From Octopus bimaculoides (taxonomy: Eukaryota): DNA of 64,000 nucleotides. Positions within the stretch are counted from its first letter, which is position 1. Every line of letters begins with the position of its first letter. This document shows, piece after piece, positions 39,291 through 52,424 of the stretch. The position numbers were made by a program, and so were the translations under genes. Below the pieces are notes generated by a model, which saw nothing but the letters and a program-made list of their open reading frames with translations, ran no database searches and was not told where the DNA came from. The stretch lies in contig NC_068982.1 of assembly GCF_001194135.2 (NCBI RefSeq), positions 192,044,700 through 192,108,699 of the forward strand. Reading direction: 5' to 3'.

Positions 39291-39328
<38 letters not shown>

Positions 39329-39329
39329 T

Positions 39330-40612
39330 GTATATATGCAGCAATATCAACGGAAGGTTAACTAGGAAGCTAGTTTTTGTATGTAGATGTTCAGGAGCTA
39401 TAAACACTGTGAATGTGCAGAAAACACCTTCTGTCACATTTCAGGGAGAAAAACTAGACGTAATTGATAGCTTCCGCTATCTAGGTGACCAAGTTAGTAG
39501 TGGGGGAGGGTGCGCTGAAAGTGTAGCTGCTAGAATAAGAATAGCCTGGGCAAAGTTCAGAGAGCTCTTACCTCTGCTGGTGACAAAGGGTCTTTCTCTC
39601 ACAGTAAAAGGCAGACTGTATTACGCATGTGTACGACCAGCCATGCTTTATGGCAATGAAACATGGGCCGTGACTGCTGAAGACATGAGTAGGCTTGCAA
39701 GGAATGAAGCCGGTATGCTCCGTTGGATGTGTAATGTCAGTGTGCATACTCGACAGAGTATTAGTACCTTGAGAGAAAAGTTGAACTTAAGAAGCATCAG
39801 TTGTGGTGTGCAAGAGAGACGATTGCGTTGGTATGGACATGTGGCAAGAATGGATGAGGATAACTGTGTGAAAAAGTCCCACACCCTAGCAGTTGAGGGA
39901 ACCTGTGGAAGAGGTAGGCCCAGGAAGACCTGGGATGAGGTGGTGAAGCAAGGCCTTCGAACATTGGGCCTCACCGAGGCGATGACTTCTGACTGAGACC
40001 TTTGGAAATATGCAGTATGTGAGAAGACCCGGCAAGCCAAGTGAGACCTAAATTCAAGACCTCTGCCAGGGATGTAGCTAGCCCACTTATGCGTACCTTC
40101 CCTTCATTGGACACTAAACTCTGCTTGCTAAGACCTGTTGAGGCAAGTGAAATCGAATTCGAAATCATACTAAATTCGACGACTGGCACCCATGCCAACG
40201 TCGTCTCCTTCATTGGACACGAAACTCAGCTTGCGAAGACCTGTTGGGGCAAGCGAAATCGTGATGGCACCTGTGCCCAGTGTCGCTTTTCTGGCACTTG
40301 TGCCCGCAGCATGTGTAAGGACTTTTGAGTGAGATCGTTGCAAGTGCCCCTGGACTGGCTCTTGTGCGGGTGGCACATAAAATACACCATTTTGAGCGCA
40401 GCCGTTGCCAGTACCACCTGACTGGCCTTCGTGCCAGTGGCACATAAAAGCACCTACTACACTCTCGGAGTGGTTGGCGTTAGGAAGGGCATCCAGCTGT
40501 AGAAACTCTGCCAAATAAGATTGGGGCCTGGTATAGCCATCTGGTTTCACCAGTCCTCAGTCAAATCGTCCAACCCATGCTAGCATGGAAAGCAGACGTT
40601 AAACAATGATGA
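39330..40612 (+). mobile_element. RTE-clade LINE 3' portion with full 3' UTR and (GAT)n tail
   Basis: FRYLGDQVSSGGGC..RIRIAWAKFRELLPLL, MLYGNETWA, RRLRWYGHVARMDED, GRGRPRKTWDEVVK. UTR ends ccaacccatgctagcatggaaagcagacgttaaac(gat)n. Confidence 0.92.
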
Positions 40613-40840
40613 TGGATATATATATATGGATACTACACGTGTATAAGGGATGACCACTAGGTGGACATCCAATATGCTAGAAAGAGGTCATCAACGACCT
40701 AACCACAAAGAAAAATAATGTTCTCCAGAAAAATTCCGCAAAACCACCAGAACAGGACAAAATGAGAAATATACAGAATAAAGAATTATCTATGGACTGC
40801 AGGTTCTAACATTAACGTTTTGCTTACCTGACAATATCCG

Positions 40841-41107
40841 TACATAACAACAGCCGTGTTCTCATCAGCATAGACATTCTAGAATCAATATAATTTGCAG
40901 AAGTATATACGAATTGTTTTCATGAAAGAAGACTTGCATATAGTTCTACCGATTACATTGGGGCGGAGGCATTTTGAAAAGTAGCCCCAATGTAATCGGT
41001 AGAACTATATGCAAGTCTTATTTCATGAAAACAATTCGTATATACTTCTGCAAATTATATTGATTCTAGAACATCTATGCTGATGAGAACACGGATGTTG
41101 TTACGTA
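40841..41107. repeat. Long fold-back palindrome: 124-bp arms, 19-nt spacer
   Basis: 40841-40964 versus reverse complement of 40984-41107: 5 mismatches, no indels. Confidence 0.95.
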
Positions 41108-42103
41108 GATGAAAAGTTACTGTTTTGTAGATGATTGTGATAAAGTTGATGGCATTAAAAAGTAATAAGAATCTTTCAGAAAAATGGACATACAAAGGTA
41201 CATAAAAATGATAACTGCTGTTTTATAGGTAATTTTAAAAGTTTGCTATTCTTTATTCTGCATATCAGTGTTGTAATTAAATATAAATCATTTTCATAAA
41301 CAAGGTTAGTAAAATAAACTAGTAGACATTTGGCAGGTTTTACTGTTCCAGTAACAAAATCTGCTTGATAGGATAATAAACAGGTAACATTTTGGTTTTA
41401 TTATTATTCTGTTTAAATGTATATCTTGAACTTTCAACATTTAGGGTAGGACACCTGTGAGAAGAAATAGGTGTAGAGTTATATCATTATCATGAGATAA
41501 TCTGTAGTTGGGAAAGATATCTTCCTGGTGTGTCTGACAAGTTTCATGTGGAATGAACTATGCAATTAAAAGCTGTTGGTCAGATCCATTTGCAATGATG
41601 ATTGGAGATAACGGTATGACTGAGTTCTGAGGAGAAAGACTTCCTGCTGTCTTCTTTAGGTCAGTAGCTAACCTTGAACCAAAATGTTACCAGCCAAGTT
41701 AACATTAATTATAGTCCTCCTGTTTGAAATATCTATCCTCATACTATCTCACAGCAGGCGAACTATGTTACTCTACAAATTTTATTATATTTCGGTATTT
41801 ATGGTTAAAAAATGGAATGAGTTGAAAGAGTTATGTGTCTTGACAACAGACATAGAACAAGTGATGACATATGAAACAAAATCAATCTGTAGTCCAACAT
41901 GACTCGGGTAACTGCAACTCTACAATACAAACTGACCAAATAAAAGATGCTTTCTGTTGGAAGAAGCAAACTTCATCTTTTCATATTTTCTTTAACTCTT
42001 CAAAAAAATCCTCATTCCAAGACTACTGTCTGTATTTAAATTAACTCATTATTATATACAAAATTACCGTAGTTGAAAGAGTCTTTCTTAAATGTTATTC
42101 TAA

Positions 42104-42130
42104 TAACCCTAACCCTAACCCTAACCCTAA
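42104..42130 (+). repeat. Interstitial (TAACCC)n telomere-type tract, about 4.5 units
   Basis: taaccctaaccctaaccctaaccctaa. Confidence 0.9.
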
Positions 42131-42189
42131 CATTTCACGGAATAGAAAGGTTTCTGTTATTCAGGGTTTAGTAAAATTACAGAAATTAT

Positions 42190-43050
42190 GCCAGCTGTTC
42201 GACAGAGGAGACTGAGCAAAAGGCACCGATGAACCAAGGTCATTGACAGCACTGCAGCCCAAAGATTTTCAGACCAGCAACGGATGGCGTGACCGTTTCC
42301 AGAAATGGTTTAAAATAAAGTGCATTTCCCTGCATGGAGAGACAACATTAGCCGAGAAAAAAGCTACCGAGAAGTACCTTGAGACCTCCAGGTAGATCAT
42401 TGAGGACAAGGGATGCAATCCAGAACAGGTTTTCAGTATGAACAAGCTGGCTTGTTCTGGAAGAAGATGCCTTCCAGAATGTACATCATGAAGGATGAAG
42501 CCAGAGCCCCAGCATGTAAGGCACAGAAGGAGGACAGAGTGATGCTAATTTTGCGTGGCAATACTCCTGGCTTCATGATGATACCAGGACTTATCAACAA
42601 GTCCACGAATCTAAGGGCCTTCAAAAATAAGAATAAAAACTTGCTGCCTGTCCACTGGATGCACAACCCCAAGGCCTGGATTACCAAAAGTCTAATATTT
42701 TGAATTGGTTCCACCAATGCTTCATCCCTCAAGTCAAGGAATACCTCCAAAATGTTTGCATAGAATTCAAGGTTTTGCTTGTTATGGATAATACTGGTGG
42801 TCACTCTTTGGATTTGAATCACGAGGGAGTTCAAGTCGAGTTCCTCCTGCCAACACCATCTCCCTCATCCAGCCTATGGATCAAGGCGTGATCCATGCCT
42901 TCAAAGGCACTTTACACTCTGAACCCTCTCCAACACCTTGTGGATGCAATGGATTCGGATGAGAATTTCAAGTTAAAGGAGTTCTGGTGTAACTTTACGA
43001 TTGCAACATGCCTGTCAGTCATCCATGTTGCTCTAAAAGACATGGATGCA
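42190..43050 (+). mobile_element. Tigger/pogo transposase fragment (DDE_1)
   Basis: SNGW..RF, GLFWKKMPSRMYI, PVHWMHNPKAWITK, WFHQCFIPQVKEYL, KVLLVMDNTGGH and QPMDQGVI motifs with frameshifts. Confidence 0.9.
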
Positions 43051-43185
43051 CTGTAATTCCAATATCTACCTTTAGGTGTCTTTGTCACTTGTGATTCCTG
43101 CGCTTGTTTTGAATTCAGATTTGTTTATGTCTATTTATCGGCTACTTTCTCATTCTCATTCATTTGTGACTTTATTTTTTGCCCC

Positions 43186-44480
43186 CCATGACTCCTAAGA
43201 AAATTCATAAGGAAAGTGCTAAGTGTCGTGCTGGAAGATAAAACACCATGGAAAAGGTGTGAAGTGGAAGCAATTGCACAATCTTTTGGGATGAGTCGGA
43301 CAAGTGTATCAACGATTGTACATAATAAGGGTAAGATTTTAGCACACATCAAATCTGAAGCCCCAGGGATGAAGAACAGCGTCATCAATAAGAAAAGAGG
43401 CAAACATCTTTGAAGAAACGAAAAGGATTCTTTCTCTTTGGGTTGTTAGGTCGAATGGTCAGCGTGCTACTATTAGTCAAGAAATCATTCAAGAGAAAAC
43501 ATTGTCTTTATTTGAGGACCTGAAGAAAAAATATCCAGATGAGAAAGCTATAGAGTTCAAGTCAAGTCAAAGATGGTTCATAAGATTTAAGGAACGAAGA
43601 AGTTATCACTCCATTAAGAAGCAAGGTGAAAGTTCATCAGCTGACGAACAAGCAGCAACGGAATTTCCCAATGCATTAAAGAAAATCATTGAAGAAAGCC
43701 AGTTTTTTCCCAAACAGATTTTTAATGTAGACGAAAATGGATTGTAATGGAAAAAATTGTCAGACCATTCATTCATTTCCAAAGAGGAGAAAACAATTCC
43801 AGGCTACAAGGTCTCAGAAGAATGTGTGACTATTATGTTGGGAGGTAATTGTAGAAGAGATTTAAGTTAAGGCCATTGATTGTGTTTCATGCACACAACC
43901 TCCGTGCCCTGGAGAACATACCCAAGGAATCTCTCCCTGTTATATGGATAGCTAATTCAAAAGCATGGGTTACTGTTTTTGTTTTTGAAGATTTATCCCA
44001 GCAGCAGAGAAGTATTGTAAGGAGAAGGAGATTCTTTTTAAGGTTTTACTTATCTTAGATAATGCTCCTGGCCACCCACAAAACATTGTAGATTTTGACC
44101 CCCAACATTACCATTGTATACCTCCCTCTGAACACCATGTCTCTTCTGCAGCCAATGGATCAGGGAATAATTGCTATCTTCAAGTGTTACTATATGAAGC
44201 ATACACTGCGGCAAGCAATAGCTGCAACTAATCTTGATGAGTGCATCACACTTCATGACTTTTAGAAGAGATACAACATCTACAAGGCTGTACAGAATAT
44301 AGCAGTGGTATGGGATGACATGCAGAGCACAGCTATGAATGATTATGGAAGAAGCTATGCCTGCAACTCATGAATGATTTTAAGGGGTTTGATAGTGTTG
44401 CCATCAATAAAACATTGGTGACTACAAGCATAGAACTGGAAATGAATTTGGAGAAGGATTTCACAGATTTATTTAAAAAA
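43186..44480 (+). mobile_element. Tigger/pogo (TIGD1-like) transposase, near full-length, decayed
   Basis: CENP-B HTH IAQSFGMSRTSVSTIVHNK, FKSSQRWFIRFKER, GESSSAD, QIFNVDENGL*WKK, WIANSKAWVT, LILDNAPGHP and LLQPMDQGIIA; multiple disablements. Confidence 0.9.
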
Positions 44481-44589
44481 GACAAGCAGCCCCTGACAAA
44501 CCGAAAGTCATGTAACCACCCTTCAAGTTTTCCAGGTATGCTAAGATCACACAGTTTGTGGCATAGCTTTTGCAAAGTCAAGGTATATT

Positions 44590-46570
44590 ACGTCCACCCA
44601 GTCATAGTGCTGTCGGAGTTGGGTGAGGCAGCTCCTGCCTGGTTGAAAACCATGCTGGGTGTCACTCAGGGAATGTTATTAGTTTCCACTGACAAGGGAT
44701 GGGGGGTCAGAATATAAATGGGATGGTCAAGTAAAAGAGAAGAGAGAAACAGATGGTGGCAAGTGCCAGGGCCATACCCTAGAGGTACGGCAATCATAAT
44801 GTAAGTAGCAGAGTATTGCCAAAGCAGCATGATTAGAGTGTGGGGGAGGGGAATGTAGTGAGTGGTGAAAACCTGGGTATATAGAGGGGGGTTGGAGCTA
44901 CTGGATAGCAGTGAAACAGTGAACAGGGCTGTGAAGACAGGATTGGAGGGTGAGAGATAATAGAGTGCATGAAAGAGGAGATGTGAGGAAGAGAAGAGAT
45001 GTAGTTTGATTTGTTGAGGGGAGGGGTTCTTATGTGTGGGTGGAACACACTGCTTCTAGAACTCAGTTTCACTGATGTGGGCAGGTCTTCTCAAGAACTT
45101 CATATCACCATATACCTTGGTCCATTGTCATCTCCTCCACGAGCTTCAACATCCTGAGATCAGTTCTTAACACTTCATCCCATGTCTTCCTGGGTCTTCG
45201 TCTTCTGCAGGTACCATCCACTTTCAGTGATCAGCACTTCTTTATGCAGCTGTCCTCATTCATACACATCACATGTCCAAATGTTGCATTTGATTCCTCT
45301 TATGCCCAATTTTTCTCTCAATGCATTTGCACTTTGCCATACATGCACACTGATGTTGCACATCCAACGGAGCATGCTGCCTTCATTTTTCTCCAGTATA
45401 CGCATGTCTTCCTCATTTAGAGCCCATGTCTCACTACCATGGAGTATGGCCATTCATACACAAGCATCATACAGNNNNNNNNNNNNNNNNNNNNNNNNNN
45501 NNNNNNNNNNNNNNNNNNNNNNNNNNNNNNNNNNNNNNNNNNNNNNNNNNNNNNNNNNNNNNNNNNNNNNNNNNNNNNNNNNNNNNNNNNNNNNNNNNNN
45601 NNNNNNNNNNNNNNNNNNNNNNNNNNNNNNNNNNNNNNNNNNNNNNNNNNNNNNNNNNNNNNNNNNNNNNNNNNNNNNNNNNNNNNNNNNNNNNNNNNNN
45701 NNNNNNNNNNNNNNNNNNNNNNNNNNNNNNNNNNNNNNNNNNNNNNNNNNNNNNNNNNNNNNNNNNNNNNNNNNNNNNNNNNNNNNATACCTTGGTCCAT
45801 TGTCATCTCCTCCACGAGCTTCAACATCCTGAGATCAGTTCTTAACACTTCATCCCATGTCTTCCTGGGTCTTCGTCTTCTGCAGGTACCATCCACTTTC
45901 AGTGATCAGCACTTCTTTATGCAGCTGTCCTCATTCATACACATCACATGTCCAAATGTTGCATTTGATTCCTCTTATGCCCAATTTTTCTCTCAATGCA
46001 TTTGCACTTTGCCATACATGCACACTGATGTTGCACATCCAACGGAGCATGCTGCCTTCATTTTTCTCCAGTATACGCATGTCTTCCTCATTTAGAGCCC
46101 ATGTCTCACTACCATGGAGTATGGCCATTCATACACAAGCATCATACAGTCTACCTTTCATTCTGAGAGAGAGAGAGGCCTTTTGTTGCCAACAGAGGTA
46201 ATAGCTCTCTGAACTTCCTCCACCCAATTCTTATTCTAGAAACAATACCTTTCAGAGCATCCTCCACCATTGCTAATTTGGTCACCTAGGTAACAGGAAC
46301 TAAGTCCCATGTGCTCTTAGAGCTTATTGTGTCTGTTCAGCTACCCGGGATTCCACTGCACCTCTTGTGTCCATAGCTCACACTGGGTGCAGTGAATGGA
46401 ATTCCAACTTCTTTCCAACATATTGAGCAGGGCCATTTACCTGATGGAAAGAGAGTTTTATCTTCTTTTTTGCTAACAACTTTGGTCTTTGCTAGGTTAA
46501 TGTTAAGGCCTTTTGATTCCAGGTTTTGTTTCCATACCTGGAATTTCTTCTCCAATTCTGCTACAGATTC
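44590..46570 (-). mobile_element. RTE LINE 3' portion (includes a gap-flanking assembly duplicate)
   Basis: WKQNLESKGLNINLAKTK, GKWPCSIC, LHGSETWAL, MLRWMCN, RRPRKTWDEVLRTDL and a pyrimidine-rich UTR. Confidence 0.85.
45112..46149. other. Identical 363-bp duplicate (45112-45474 = 45787-46149) flanking a 312-N gap: probable assembly artefact
   Basis: The two copies appear identical and each abuts the gap, typical of an unmerged contig overlap. Confidence 0.8.
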
Positions 46571-47535
46571 TGCATGTATATATTTTTATATATTGGCACA
46601 CACATACATATATATTTATGTTATAGTACAGTCTGGTACCTTGCTGTACTCAAGAAGACCCATACGCAGCAGAAGACCGGTTCTGCTGGTGGTGTAAAGC
46701 ACACGTGACAGTGCCACATAAATGTGTCCTTGTTGTGCCATGTAAAACACTCATGCAGCACCATGTAGTAAAAGCACACTCTGCAAATGGTTGGCGTGAA
46801 GAAGGGCTTCCAACTGTAGAAACCCTGCCAAATCAGGCTGGAGTCTGGTGCAGCTTCCTAGTCTGCCAGCTCTGATCAAATCGTCCAACCCATGCCAGCA
46901 TGGACAACAGAGTTACATGATGATGATGATGATGATATAGATAGGTGTGTATATAATATATATGACTGTGTGTGGACGTTAAACGATGATGATGATGATG
47001 ATGATATACACACACACACACACATAATAAATGATTTTATTTTTATTGCTGATCCATCTCAAAAAAGAATTTTTTTTTAACCCTGGTCAACTCAAATTGA
47101 GTTTACCTATGATCACAAACACAGTGTATCTAGATGTACATCATTTAGTGCGTTCCTTGTTTAAGATATTAGAGTGTGATTTAAGAGAGATTTTGCTCCT
47201 ATTTTCTAGCAGGTTCTCCTACCATCTAAGCGGTGTGTGTGTGTGTGTGTGCAACATGCTAGTGATAGTTAGAGGTGGTGGCCATGTCTCTGATGGGACG
47301 ATAGGAACTTCCTTTCTGCTGTGGCCCTCAGCACCCCAAGCCATTTCTCTCATGACATAAAGAGCGGATATCCATTATTTCGCTTCCATTGAAGTGGATG
47401 GCCTTTTACGAATGAGTTGTTCCCGATTTCCCATACATCTGTCAGCTTTACAATGCTATCAGCTGTTTGCTTGTCACATGTCCTCCACTCACCACTAATT
47501 ACAAACCAGTCCTACATTGGCAGCCAAAACATGTA

Positions 47536-47573
<38 letters not shown>

Positions 47574-50500
47574 CAGAACAGCCTATGTTATTTAGCACAA
47601 AAGTCTGTTCTTTTCTTTATCTTTTTCTTCTTTTAGTTGTAGACTGAAGGCTGTGGTCATGCTGGAGCACTACCACAGCTTCATTTCTAACTCAATTTAT
47701 TAGACTGTGGCCATGCTGGGGCACCGTCTTGAAGCACTTTAGTCGAACAAATCAACTCTATTTCTTAAGCTTATTCCAACCAATCTTTTTGAAGACATTT
47801 GAGAATTATCATTGGAAATTAGTTGAATCTCTGATGTATTTTCAGTGTTTATCCAATTCAAATGAGTCTGTCAAATGTAGTCTTTATTTATTCACTTTGT
47901 TTTCATCATCATTTAACATGTTTTCCATGCTGCTGGCATGGATTGGATGGTTTGACTAACTGACGAGGCTGGGTCCTGCACCAGGCTCCACTCATCTGTT
48001 TTGGCATGGTCTCTCTGGCTGGATACCTTTCCTAATGCCAGCCACTTTACAGCGTGTACTGGGTGCTTTGTATGTGGCACAAGTACTCAAGGAATTGCCA
48101 AGTAGCTTGCAAGACAAGGACCTCTCTGCTGAGAGAAGTGGGTCATGTGCCAGATGAGAGGAGGCTGGAGTATGAAAGAGGGACAAGGATAGCTGTCTGG
48201 CTACAGGGGTGGTACCTGGCTACCCCAGTTGGTACTGCTTGCTATTTTACTAACAACTTGTAATACAAACTATTGATTTCTTTCTTTCATATTTCAACTA
48301 ATCCTAAAAGCTGGTGCATATGTTTGCAGTGCAGCATTTTCTCAAACCTGACTGATGATGATGTTGATGATGATGATGGTGATGACTGCATCTCAACTTC
48401 AAGCTTCTTACTTCCCCTCCTCAACCCTTCATGTCTTCACCCAACGTTCGTTAACCACTTTTATAATAATCACAACAACAACAACAACCACTAATATTTC
48501 TTTGTTGTTGTGTGACTGTGACAAGTGGTAGGACTGTACTGGAATTGATTTCTGCCAAACAAACCAGTTGATATCAATAATAATGGCAATGATATGGTTC
48601 CGCCAGTTCTGGCATCTACATTGAATGAGGAATATGAATTGCTAAGTCCATTTACATCTTAGTTTTTAAAATTCACATCAAACTCCACTTATTGTATCCT
48701 TCTTTAACAGCTGCTTCCTCGCAGTTAACCCTGTTTGCCTTTGTTTCAATTAATTTTGAGTTTAGTCAAATAACTTGTCATAATTAAGTTGGTGTTTGGA
48801 ATAGAAATCAGGAGATTTTGATGGAAGAAGGTTTCAATTTAGATTCCTTTAAAGCAGGAAATTTGTATCATAGAATCGAGGATGGTTTCAGGTGTGTGGC
48901 TTTCAAAATGGTTAAATATCTTCATCCAGTCATATTGTTTTCTTCTTAGTTCCAGGCCAACCCTGATTAAGAAAACAGCAACAGTATTCCAACCATGACA
49001 AACCCTTTTTTATTATCAAGTGTAAGGCTCAGTATACTTTTCATAGGGTCTATCCCCAAATCTCTTCAATTAAAATGAAATTTAGTCAAGACCTTATGCT
49101 GAAACCAAATGGGAAATTTTTTTATTGAAAACCACTTCAGGTTTGTGAAAAAAATGAGGCAGTTTTATTTCTGATATTTACATGGAATCAAGTTTCCTTC
49201 ATACCAGATCAACTTGGATGATGCCCTCGGAGTCCAACTAATTTCTCTCTTTAAAAACCCAGTTGACTAACATTTATTCTCGTTCAATTTCCCAATTGTC
49301 AGTAATGATTTGGAGAAATGAATTTAGACATGACAACAAAAATAAAAACAAAAATAAGCAAAATTAATAAAAACAAAGGAACTGAACAATTTTATTCTAA
49401 ATCTCTCTCTAGAAAATGGTGCTATTTTATTTTTGATGTAGCAACATCACAAATTGGTGTTCTTGATAGAACAACTTTCATATTGTCTTCGGGATCCACC
49501 CATTTTGTTCTCAACTTCTCTTTTCACAAGAGGGTAAATTGTTATAAAAGACAACAGTATTTTTATCCTTTCCAACATGGTTTTGAAGACTTTTGTAGCT
49601 TTTTAAATCTGAAAGCGTGACAGATCTTCCTCATTCTGAAATTCTGCAAGTCTTTCACTTTTAAAAACAAAGTTCCAATAAATAAGTACATCTGCCAGTT
49701 CTTCAAACTCTGCAGATACAGCATCAGCAGTGTTACAGTTAGTTTCATTACCCAACTGATAATGATGCATGAATCCAGTTCTGCAAACAAATTACAGAAC
49801 CTTTGTTTGTTTGACAAAATTCTTTGTAACTGACTCTTTGATGTTACCACCTCTGATGTCTTGACAACTTTCTGAAAAGGCATTCACCTTGTTTTGATCA
49901 GATTTCTACTTCTAGTGCAGAAGTGTTGAGTCAAATACCCAAATGTTTTTCTTTGTTAAAATAACGAAACGCTGCTAAACATTTTGCCCATTCTGCTAAC
50001 GATTCTGCCAACTTACTGCCTTATAAACATCAACTTAATATGTTGGGTTTAGCTGGAATAGAGAAAATATAAATATCACATTTTAGAATATCTCTGTTAC
50101 AGAATTAATATTGAATTTAAACCACAGAAAATATCTGGAAAATAAAGAAAAACATTCCTGCATCATCCTTGAGTAGTAAATTAAAAAATTTTGCCACCAG
50201 AATGTAATGAGCCAATGTCTTATCTGAAGCAGATTTTTATGTTGATTCTGCAGTTTATTAGAAATTATTTTTGTAGATTATTTATAATTAAACATGTTTA
50301 TCATATTATATAAATAGGGATCATTGTCAAATTTTAAGTTATATAATCCAAAAGTAAAATTAGTTGAAACAATTTTCTATTAAACTTCAAAATAAATCAT
50401 AACAAATTCAAATGGAAACATCTGGTTAATTTTGGTTTCCATGAACAGAGAATATCTCCCTTTTGACAATGGGTGTTCATAATACAGGATTGTGTCTCCC

Positions 50501-51139
50501 CAGTCAAAGCCATGCCTGGATCAATGAATCTAACAAAGAAGACAGGCTCTTGTTTATAAAGATAGGCAAACGAAATATTTACTGATAACTGCCAAGCAGA
50601 TAATAATCCATGGGTTGCATGAAGAAGAGCGAGAATCCTAACAATAACACGTCTATTCATTCTCAACACATTCTGGTTGATTCTTTGCCAGAATGGATTA
50701 AGAACAAATAGAGACTATTTATTTGTGCTGCATGCACCTCATAGATTGTTTACTTTTTTTTTATGTCAAAAAAAGAAAGCAAAATATAATGTTTAAAAAA
50801 TGTTCAATACAATAAATAAAAAATAAATTTCTATTTAATTAAAATGTTAATTGGTTGAAATAAGTTATTAGAATATATTTTTCAAGATTTATGGCTTTAC
50901 AATTTTACTAAAAAAGATTTAATTTCTGATATTATCTTTTTTCTCCTTCTTGTGAAGTGTTCAACATTAAATCTGTGAATTATGTAAGTTATGATTCAAA
51001 GCATAAAAATATTCAACATGTCTTTGTACAAAAGATATTGTCATGATGCTGTGTCTCTTATTTCTTATAAATGAAATGCAAATGCTGAACTTTCATTATT
51101 TACATTTGACTGATATTTGTCCTCATCTTGTTCGTTGTT

Positions 51140-51185
51140 GACACAACGTTTCGGCTGATATATCCTTCAGCCTTCTTCAGGTGTC
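51140..51185 (-). ncRNA. Minimal type I hammerhead motif, family A
   Basis: GACAC-CUGAAGA-A-GGCUG(10-nt loop)CAGCC-GAAAC-GUU^GUGUC. Perfect 5-bp stems I and II; loop-less palindromic stem III. Confidence 0.7.
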
Positions 51186-52424
51186 TTGGGGAAATTTCAA
51201 ACCTGTGTTCTCATTCCTAAGGTATTTTTTGGTGTTATTATTATTATTATTATTATTATTCAGGTTACAAGCAGTTGTTCATGGTATAGACTACTGTCAA
51301 GTTATCTTTACAGTATAGACGTAGTATTCATGCATGGAGGTGCAATGGCCCTGTGGTTAGGGCAGCGGACTTGTGTTCATAGGATTGCAGTTTCGATTCC
51401 CAGACCAGGCGTTGTGTTTATTGAGTGAAAACACCTAAAGCTCCACAAGGCTCTGGCAGGGGATGGTGGCGAACCCTGCTGTACTCTTTCACCACAACTT
51501 TCTCTCACTCTTTCTTCCTGTTTCTGTTGCGCCTGTATTTCAAAGGGGCCGGCTTTGTCACACTCTGTGTCACGCTGAATCTCCCCAAGAACAACACTAA
51601 GGGTACACGTGTCTGTGGAGTACTCAGCCACTTTCACAGTAATTTCATGAGCAAGCTGTTCCGTTGATCAGATCTACTGGGACCCTCGTTGTCCTCGTAA
51701 CCGACGGAGTGCCACGTCTATTCGTGCGATCTTTTATCTTTTACTTGTTTCAGTCATTAGACTGCGCTCATGCTGGGGCATCACTTTGAAGAATTTTTTA
51801 GTTGAATGAATTGACCCCAGTACTTTTTTTTTTTAAAGCCTGGTACTTATTCTATTAGGCTCTTTTGTTGAACTGCTAAGTTACAGGGACATAAACACAC
51901 CAACACTGGTTGTCAAGTGTCAGTGGTGGGAGACAAACACTCAAACACAATGGGCTTCTTTCAGTTTCCGTCTACCACATCCATTCACAAGGCTTTGGTT
52001 GGCCCACGGCTACAGTAGAAGACACTTGTCCAAGGTGCCATGCTGTGGGATTGAACCCAGAACCATATGGTTGGGAAGCAAATTTCTTACTACACATCTC
52101 CATCTGCACCGATGCACACAGCCCTGCTCTCACCTCTATTATTTATATAGTATATACACAGCATATAAATGCTGTAGAGTCAATAGTTTTAAAGAGACCA
52201 AATTATTATTCTGTATAAAATGTTCACACCTCATTTAACATAAAACTATGTTTGAAATACAGTTTTCCCTAACAGCAATGAGCAAACATAAAGATCAAGG
52301 AGAAAAGGAGAATGTTTCACACCAAAACACGTATAAAACAACTGGTGTTGAAATAAAAACACTTTGTTAATGCCATGACTACAAACCTGATGCACAGGTT
52401 TAACCACTACGCCATATGCCCACA

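Noticed and set aside
42104-42130. True telomere or chromosome end
   Set aside because: Only about 4.5 units, embedded in interior sequence.
49563-49883. Pogo-like transposase remnant
   Set aside because: Only a faint resemblance; no diagnostic motif survives.
50397-50669. 90-aa minus-strand ORF in unique sequence
   Set aside because: No recognisable motif and no convincing splice sites.
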